Source: Candidatus Latescibacterota bacterium
Lineage (GTDB): Bacteria > Latescibacterota > UBA2968
Direction: 5' to 3'
DNA length: 64,000 bases
Assembly (NCBI GenBank): GCA_965208125.1
Contig: OZ242320.1
Coordinates: 1-64,000 of the forward strand
Shown piece after piece: positions 20,514 to 26,613 of the stretch. The position numbers were made by a program, and so were the translations under genes. Under the pieces are notes generated by a model. That model saw nothing but the letters and a program-made list of their open reading frames with translations. It made no database searches and had not been told where the DNA came from. The first letter of the stretch is position 1; every line of letters begins with the position of its first letter.

Positions 20514-22304
20514 TTGATGCAGAAGGATTATTCTGAAGTCAAAGGTCAACTGCGCAGTCAAGAGTGGTTCAACAACCCTCACAACATGGGCATGACGGCC
20601 GTCTATGTCGAACGCTACATGAACTACGGCTGGACGCGCGAAGAACTCCAATCGGGCAAACCCGTTATTGGCATTGCACAAACGGGGGGCGACCTCACCC
20701 CCTGCAATCGCATTCACGTCGAATTGGTCGATCGCGTCAAAGCAGGTATTCGCGACAACGGCGGCATACCCTTTGAATTTCCCGTACACCCCATTGCCGA
20801 ACAGGGCAAACGGCCCACGGCTGCCCTCGACCGCAACCTCGCCTACCTCGGGCTGGTCGAAATTCTGCACGGCTATCCCATCGACGGCGTCGTCCTCACC
20901 ACCGGATGCGACAAAACCACACCCGCCTGCATCATGGCCGCCTGCACCATGAACCTGCCCGCCATCGTACTCTCTGGCGGCCCTATGCTCGATGGGCACT
21001 GGCGCGGTCGGCTGGCTGGATCGGGCACAGTTGTCTGGGAAGCCCGCGAACGCTATGCGGCTGGTGAAATCGACTACGATGGCTTCATGGATATCGTCAC
21101 ATCATCCTCGCCCAGCGTGGGTCACTGCAACACAATGGGAACCGCCCTATCCATGAACGCATTGGCCGAAGCACTTGGACTATCGCTTCCCGGATGTGCG
21201 GCCATCCCCGCCCCCTATCGCGCCCGCAAGCAAATGGCCTATCGCACGGGCTTGCGCATCGTCGATATGGTCAAAGAGGATCTCACCCCGGACAAGGTCC
21301 TCACACCAGAAGCCTTCCAAAACGCCATTGTCGTCAACTCTGCGCTCGGCGGTTCGACCAATGCGCCGGTTCATATCACCGCCATAGCGCGACACATTGG
21401 GCTGGAACTGCCGGCAAAAGACTGGCAAACCCATGGTCACCACATACCCCTGCTCGTCAACTGTCAGCCCGCAGGCGAATACCTCGGCGAAGCCTTTTAC
21501 CGAGCCGGCGGCGTACCCGCCGTCATGGCTGAACTCGTCAAAGCCGACAAACTCCACCTCCACTGCCAGACCGTCACAGGCAAAACCACAGGCGAAAATC
21601 TCAAAGGCATCGCCATAGAAGACGAGCGCGTCATCAAACCTTATGATCAACCCTTAAAAGAAAACGCTGGATTCATCGTACTCAGCGGCAACCTCTTTGA
21701 AGCGGGCTTGCTCAAAACCTCTGTCATAGGTGACGACTTTAGCAAAAAATATCTCCAGCGCGAAGGCGACGAAAACGCCTGGGAAGGCACGGCTGTAGTC
21801 TTCGACGGTCCCGAAGATTATCACCACCGCATCAACGATCCCGATTTGCCCATCGACGAAAATTCCCTGCTCTTCGTGCGCTATTGCGGTCCCGTGGGAT
21901 ATCCTGGCTCAGCCGAAGTCGTCAACATGCTCCCGCCCGATCGCCTCGTGCAGGCTGGCATTTCCGAACTGCCCTGCATCGGTGATGGGCGTCAAAGCGG
22001 CACCTCTGCCAGCCCGTCCATACTCAACGCCTCGCCCGAGGCCACAGTGGGCGGTGGCCTTGCCTTTCTCAAAACGGGCGATCGCGTGCGCATCGACCTC
22101 AACATATGCACGGCCAATGTCCTCGTCAGCGATCGGGAACTCGCTCAGCGCAGAAAAGACTGGAAACAACCCGACCTGGTCCACCAGACGCCCTGGCAGG
22201 AAATCTATCGCCAAAATGTGGGACAACTCGCCGATGGCGCGTGTATGGAACTGGCAGTCAAATACCAGAATGTACGCGACAATACCCCGCGTCATTCGCA
22301 TTAA
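20514..22304 (+). CDS. IlvD/Edd family sugar-acid (D-xylonate-like) dehydratase
   Basis: TPCN, TGCDKT, GHCNTMGTA, GGSTNA, GDGRQSGTS. Confidence 0.9.
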   Translation: MMQKDYSEVKGQLRSQEWFNNPHNMGMTAVYVERYMNYGWTREELQSGKPVIGIAQTGGDLTPCNRIHVELVDRVKAGIRDNGGIPFEFPVHPIAEQGKRPTAALDRNLAYLGLVEILHGYPIDGVVLTTGCDKTTPACIMAACTMNLPAIVLSGGPMLDGHWRGRLAGSGTVVWEARERYAAGEIDYDGFMDIVTSSSPSVGHCNTMGTALSMNALAEALGLSLPGCAAIPAPYRARKQMAYRTGLRIVDMVKEDLTPDKVLTPEAFQNAIVVNSALGGSTNAPVHITAIARHIGLELPAKDWQTHGHHIPLLVNCQPAGEYLGEAFYRAGGVPAVMAELVKADKLHLHCQTVTGKTTGENLKGIAIEDERVIKPYDQPLKENAGFIVLSGNLFEAGLLKTSVIGDDFSKKYLQREGDENAWEGTAVVFDGPEDYHHRINDPDLPIDENSLLFVRYCGPVGYPGSAEVVNMLPPDRLVQAGISELPCIGDGRQSGTSASPSILNASPEATVGGGLAFLKTGDRVRIDLNICTANVLVSDRELAQRRKDWKQPDLVHQTPWQEIYRQNVGQLADGACMELAVKYQNVRDNTPRHSH

Positions 22305-22315
22305 ATCTTTACCTC

Positions 22316-22996
22316 GTGATCTTTCCAACACCCGAAGAATACACCGTCCTCTTTCTATCGCTTAAAGTGGGCCTACTCTGCGTGATAATCAGCTTGCCCT
22401 TTGCCGTATTGTTGGGCTGGGTGCTGGCACGCAATAACTTTCGCGGCAAGCTCATCCTCGACGGTTTGTGTCACTTGCCTCTTGTGTTGCCACCTGTAGT
22501 TGTCGGGTATCTGCTCCTCCTCCTGTTGGGTCGCCGGGGCTTTCTGGGTCAAATTTTGAGCGACTGGTTTGGATTGCAAATCGCATTTACCTGGCGAGGT
22601 GCTGTATTAGCCGCTGCTGTAGTGGGTTTTCCACTCATGTTAAGAGCCGTTCGCCTCGCCATCGAAAGTGTTGACCCCCGCCTCGAGCGTGTTGCCCGCA
22701 CCCTGGGTGCCAATCCGCTCCGCGCCTTTTTTTCCATAACGCTGCGCCTGGCCACCCCGGGCGTGCTCGTTGGCTCCCTCCTCGCATTTGCCCGAAGCCT
22801 TGGCGAATTTGGTGCCACCATCACCTTTGTCTCCAATATTGCTGGCGAAACCCGCACACTCCCACTCGCCATTTTCACGTATATCAACCAGCCCGACGGC
22901 GAAGCCGCCGCCGCACGCCTCGTCTTACTCTCCATCATCCTATCTTTGGGCGCGCTCATCGCCAGTGAGGCCATCGCCCGCAAAATGAAAAATTAG
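22316..22996 (+). CDS. modB: Molybdate ABC transporter permease
   Basis: LPLVLPPVVVGYLLL, FARSLGEFGAT, TRTLPLAI; start taken at GTG 22316. Confidence 0.92.
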   Translation: MIFPTPEEYTVLFLSLKVGLLCVIISLPFAVLLGWVLARNNFRGKLILDGLCHLPLVLPPVVVGYLLLLLLGRRGFLGQILSDWFGLQIAFTWRGAVLAAAVVGFPLMLRAVRLAIESVDPRLERVARTLGANPLRAFFSITLRLATPGVLVGSLLAFARSLGEFGATITFVSNIAGETRTLPLAIFTYINQPDGEAAAARLVLLSIILSLGALIASEAIARKMKN

Positions 22997-23001
22997 ACAC
23001 C

Positions 23002-24063
23002 ATGCTCACCCTTTGCTTACACAGGCAACTCGCCGAATTTACCCTTGAAATCGCGGTGACGTGCGCCTATCCCGTCACCGCGATATTTGGACCTTCGGGC
23101 TCTGGTAAAACCACCCTCCTGAACCTCATAAGCGGGTTGATGCGACCAGATAGCGGTCAAATCAGCATTGACGACACCATTCTATTTCACGCTGAAAAAG
23201 GCATTGACCTGCCACCGGAAAAGCGGCGCATCGGCCATGTATTTCAAGACGATTTGCTTTTTCCACACCTGACCGTGCGCCAGAATCTCCTGTACGGGTA
23301 TCAATTTCTCGCGCCATCAGAACGCAAATTTCATCCCGACACCATTATCGATCTGCTCGAATTAAACACCCTTCTCGATCGCCTCCCAAATCTACTCTCT
23401 GGCGGTGAACGCCAACGCGTCGCTCTGGGGCGAGCCATCCTGACTTCTCCCAGACTGCTCATCATGGATGAACCCCTGACCGCGCTCGATCAAGAGCTCA
23501 AAGACCGCATCATGCCCTATCTGCGCCACATTCGCACGGATCTGGGCATCCCCATGCTCTACGTCAGCCACGCAATTGGCGAAATTCTGCAACTCACCGG
23601 ACAAGTCATTGTGCTCAACCGCGGACAAGTACTCGCGCATGGAGACTTCTTTTCTATCGCTCACCAGCCCAAAATTCTGCCCCTGCTCAAAGCGCATGGT
23701 TTTGAAAATGTCCTGCCCGTTGAAGTCATCGCATCCAATCGCGTGCAATACAACAATCAAATCCTCCATATCCCCCCCTGTGACCGCAAATCGGGCACAC
23801 AGATCTTTATAGGCATCCGGGCAAACGACATCATTTTGTCCCGACAGCGACCTGCGGGTTTAAGCATTCGCAACGCCCTCTCCGGACGAATTCTCGACAT
23901 CGTTGAAACACATGGCCGACGCCTCGTGTATATAGACGTGGGCAAACGCCTCGCTGCTGAAGTCACCCCCGAAGCAATAGAGGAATTGGCTTTAAAAATT
24001 GGCGATTCCGTAATTTGCCTGATTAAAACACACGCCATTCGCATAGGTCCAGATGTCTCTTGA
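23002..24063 (+). CDS. modC: Molybdate ABC transporter ATPase
   Basis: GPSGSGKTT, LSGGERQRVALGRA, SIRN motif and TOBE-type C-terminus. Confidence 0.92.
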   Translation: MLTLCLHRQLAEFTLEIAVTCAYPVTAIFGPSGSGKTTLLNLISGLMRPDSGQISIDDTILFHAEKGIDLPPEKRRIGHVFQDDLLFPHLTVRQNLLYGYQFLAPSERKFHPDTIIDLLELNTLLDRLPNLLSGGERQRVALGRAILTSPRLLIMDEPLTALDQELKDRIMPYLRHIRTDLGIPMLYVSHAIGEILQLTGQVIVLNRGQVLAHGDFFSIAHQPKILPLLKAHGFENVLPVEVIASNRVQYNNQILHIPPCDRKSGTQIFIGIRANDIILSRQRPAGLSIRNALSGRILDIVETHGRRLVYIDVGKRLAAEVTPEAIEELALKIGDSVICLIKTHAIRIGPDVS

Positions 24064-24103
24064 GACCTTCGCGACCTCCATTTTCAAAAAAAATTAAAAT
24101 TTC

Positions 24104-24132
24104 TGAAACCCATTCACAACCTGCACTGTCTA
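24104..24132 (+). promoter_or_regulatory. Candidate ECF-type promoter
   Basis: TGAAAC-17 bp-TGTCTA preceded by an A-tract; upstream of the ECF sigma transcription unit. Confidence 0.4.
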
Positions 24133-24237
24133 TTTATGTGACATTGGATAAATTTTTTTATCACCTTATTGTTTCAAAGTGCATCCAAAGGGATGTAACA
24201 GTGAAGATGAAAGTTGCAAAAAATTCCGATTTCTTCC

Positions 24238-24266
24238 TTGACGTAATGAAGTTCTCTAACTATCTT
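24238..24266 (+). promoter_or_regulatory. Putative sigma-70 promoter
   Basis: TTGACG-17 bp-TATCTT. Confidence 0.55.
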
Positions 24267-24272
24267 TTTGAA

Positions 24273-24685
24273 GCTGAGCATTATTGTTGCAATCCACTAA
24301 CCTCAAATAGGGAATCCATCGTGTATATTCGCAAACCCGCACCACAGGGCTGAGTTTCCTGGAACGACATCCAGGGTAACACCTTTACACAAGAGATTTT
24401 CGTGTTCAATCTCGCCATTGTTGCCTTTAACAGTCCTATCCAGGATAGCTCGCAATTTGATTGCACGCGCTCTTATTGCGCCTGGGGAGGACTATATGGC
24501 TTGTTGAATGCATCAAAAAGACACTGCCATCCTCTCCGGATGGCTTTTTTAATGGCCACAGCGCAAAACGAGACGCGGTGGCCCTTTTTCATGGAAGGAG
24601 GTATTATGATTATTTGACAAACGATTGGTAAACAAATATCTGGCTATTACATTTCTCCCCCTTCATCAGAGAAAGGAGATCTGAT
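24273..24685 (+). other. Long structured leader with mini-ORFs and two intrinsic terminators
   Basis: Hairpins CCTGGA/TCCAGG, GAGATT/AATCTC and AGTCCT..CCAGG/CCTGG..AGGACT; terminators GCCATCC/GGATGGC-T6 and GGCCAC/GTGGCC-CT5; SD-preceded mini-ORFs MAC* (24496-24507) and MII* (24606-24617). Confidence 0.55.
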
Positions 24686-24790
24686 ATGATGTCAGTACAA
24701 ACAGAAAGGCCCTCACGCGAGTCTTTGGCGGGACGACGTGAGGACCCCAGATCACACCGACAAGTACATGCGGTGTTTCGCATAATTTAG
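24686..24790 (+). CDS. Putative 34-aa small protein (MMSVQTERPSRESLAGRREDPRSHRQVHAVFRII)
   Basis: Strong SD AAAGGAG before ATG; below the size cutoff of the ORF track. Confidence 0.4.
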   Translation: MMSVQTERPSRESLAGRREDPRSHRQVHAVFRII

Positions 24791-24841
24791 GACAAATTTC
24801 CGATAACTGCAAATGGAATCACAAACTTGTGGAGAAATTAG

Positions 24842-25039
24842 ATGCAAACATGGAAGGATGTATTTCGCAGAAAAGAGGAATTGCAAAATCTGAAAAACAT
24901 CGGATTCTGCTTTCTGATTGTCGCTGCCCTCATCACGGGTTCTTATGCCCTGACGGGGTTGCGCGACATTTTTCAGGTCTCGCTTGCGGAGCCTACCGAA
25001 TGGGAAGTCACCGCAATACCTGACGATATTGACGAGTAA
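24842..25039 (+). CDS. 65-aa single-pass membrane protein
   Basis: SD GGAG; one TM helix (IGFCFLIVAALITGSYAL); acidic tail; directly upstream of the ECF sigma. Confidence 0.6.
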   Translation: MQTWKDVFRRKEELQNLKNIGFCFLIVAALITGSYALTGLRDIFQVSLAEPTEWEVTAIPDDIDE

Positions 25040-25092
25040 CCGACCATCCGCAGAGCGATTGATAACCATTCACCAGAGGGAGGATCCTAACT

Positions 25093-25674
25093 ATGGAGTA
25101 CGCAGAAGAGCGAGATCTGGTGCGTCGCACGTTAAATGGCGATGCCGGGGCTTTTAACAACCTCTACAAACGCCATCACGCCCGGATTCTCGCCACACTG
25201 ATTGGACGAACCAGAAATCGACACGATGCTGAAGATTTGATGCAAGTGACTTTCTTGCGCGCCTATCGCGGTTTGCACGGATTCCGCGGGGAGGCCGCAT
25301 TTTCAACATGGCTGATGCAAATTGCCCTGAATGTGTGTACCACGCACATGCGATCCAAACAAGCCCGTCGATCGTGGCAGCAAACCATTGAAGATCCGCA
25401 ACTCGGTTATAGAGATATCTGGGAGCCAGCCAATACAGAGCATCCCGACGATGCACTGTCTCGAAAAGAATGCCGCGAAATGCTCGAAGAAAGCATAGAA
25501 GAACTGCCGCAGCGATATCGCCATGCCGTGCGATTGCGCTATATGCAGGATCGATCTTATGCAGAAATTGCCAGAGAACTCGGCGTGCCGATGGGCACTC
25601 TGAAAACCTGGCTTCATCGCGCGCGACACCAGTTGCAAGAATCTCTTAACAACACGGAACTTGCGGCAATGTAA
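25093..25674 (+). CDS. ECF (sigma-24-type) RNA polymerase sigma factor
   Basis: DAEDLMQVTFLRAY, FSTWLMQIALN, SYAEIARELGVPMGTLKTWLHRAR; SD GGGGAGG. Confidence 0.93.
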   Translation: MEYAEERDLVRRTLNGDAGAFNNLYKRHHARILATLIGRTRNRHDAEDLMQVTFLRAYRGLHGFRGEAAFSTWLMQIALNVCTTHMRSKQARRSWQQTIEDPQLGYRDIWEPANTEHPDDALSRKECREMLEESIEELPQRYRHAVRLRYMQDRSYAEIARELGVPMGTLKTWLHRARHQLQESLNNTELAAM

Positions 25675-25683
25675 AACGTCTTA
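25656..25683 (+). promoter_or_regulatory. Candidate ECF promoter in the 3' end of the ECF gene, pointing at zinc-finger copy 1
   Basis: GGAACTT-16 bp-TCTTA (equivalently GGAAC-N16-CGTC). Confidence 0.5.
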
Positions 25684-25739
25684 CAACGTGTTAGCGCAAT
25701 AGCTGTCAAATTTTAACATTCAAAGGAGAAATTCATTTT

Positions 25740-25952
25740 ATGCACTGCGACATTTGCGGGCGCGAAAACGCGTACATCCACAAAATCAACCGCATGTATG
25801 GCAAGGGAGAACACACCGTCACCATTCGCAATATTCCCCTCGCGATATGTTCGATCTGTGATGAACGCTATTTTGCGCCCGGCATACACGACAACGCCGA
25901 ACAACTGAGTCCAGCACTTCACAAACACTCAGAATCGACCTGTCTCGCGTAA
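25740..25952 (+). CDS. YgiT/MqsA-type zinc-finger small protein, copy 1
   Basis: CDIC...IRNIPLAICSICDERYF; SD AAAGGAG. Confidence 0.8.
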   Translation: MHCDICGRENAYIHKINRMYGKGEHTVTIRNIPLAICSICDERYFAPGIHDNAEQLSPALHKHSESTCLA

Positions 25953-25964
25953 ACAAGCAGCTTT

Positions 25965-26001
25965 AAAAAAAGCCGCCGGTACATCTATCGGCGGCTTTTT
26001 T
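25965..26001 (+). terminator. Intrinsic terminator after zinc-finger copy 1
   Basis: AAAAAAAGCCGCCGGTA...TATCGGCGGCTTTTTT. Confidence 0.85.
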
Positions 26002-26217
26002 GTGTTCATTTTCGGACACTACTGTATCAAAATCGGACACTTGCCCATGTAATTAAATTTTGACGAGGCCAGTTATTTTTTAATTTACACCAGTATTCAA
26101 ATTTTTTTTATTAAATTAAGCGTTTTATTTTCAACAGGTTAAAAAATTTAAAAGAAATATAGTCTAAAAAATTTGCTTGAATTATCGATCTCCCAAAAAG
26201 TTTGGCACGATTTTTGT
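26002..26217 (+). promoter_or_regulatory. Putative sigma-54 promoter with enhancer-like sites and an IHF-like site
   Basis: TGGCACG-ATTT-TTGT at 26203-26217 (-24/-12, with GT for GC); TGT-N10-ACA at 26003-26018 and TGT-N11-ACA at 26023-26039; TTTCAACAGGTTA at 26129-26141 in an AT-rich spacer. Confidence 0.6.
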
Positions 26218-26319
26218 TGTATTCAAATGCAAAATCAATTTCCGTCTGGTCATACTCGCGGTGACGCAAAATGTTGAACAGATATTGCAACCGCGCCATT
26301 TTAACACTCTGAGGACATC

Positions 26320-26541
26320 ATGCACTGCGACATTTGCGGCCGTGAAAATGCGTACATCCACAAAATCGACCGTACGTATGGCAAGGGAAAACACACCATT
26401 ACCATTCGCAATATTTCCCTTGCGATATGTTCGACCTGTGATAAACGCTATTTTGCGTCCCCCATACCCGACAACGCTGAGCAACTGAGCCCAGTGCTAC
26501 ACACTGAGGCCAAATATTCAGAAGCGATGTATCTCGTCTAA
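26320..26541 (+). CDS. YgiT/MqsA-type zinc-finger small protein, copy 2
   Basis: CDIC...IRNISLAICSTCDKRYF; SD GAGGA. Confidence 0.78.
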   Translation: MHCDICGRENAYIHKIDRTYGKGKHTITIRNISLAICSTCDKRYFASPIPDNAEQLSPVLHTEAKYSEAMYLV

Positions 26542-26613
26542 AGACGCGCAACAAAAGGTTGTCGATAGCATCTATCGGTGGCTTTAAGGAGTCCAATTTT
26601 TAAAGGAGGTCCC

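Larger units (their letters stand above)
25711..26587 (+). repeat. Diverged direct duplication (about 25711-26000 and 26298-26587) of the zinc-finger gene and its terminator
   Basis: Hand alignment: 41 of the first 61 codons are identical; shared upstream TTTTAACA and shared CATCTATCGG(C/T)GGCTTT terminator arm. Confidence 0.9.

Noticed and set aside
24305-24382. Cobalamin or c-di-GMP riboswitch (AATAGGGAA, GCAAACC)
   Set aside because: Only isolated words match; the B12 box/GCCACTG and the GNRA-receptor architecture are not present.
24496-24552. MAC-UGA read as a selenopeptide (MACU...), given selAB in the window
   Set aside because: The downstream hairpin has a pyrimidine loop without the G typical of bacterial SECIS elements and is followed by a T tract, so it looks like a terminator.
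25740-26541. Duplicated segment as a diversity-generating retroelement TR/VR pair
   Set aside because: Differences are not adenine-specific (many C/T and G/C changes; 9 synonymous and 11 non-synonymous codons in 61), and no reverse transcriptase is present.
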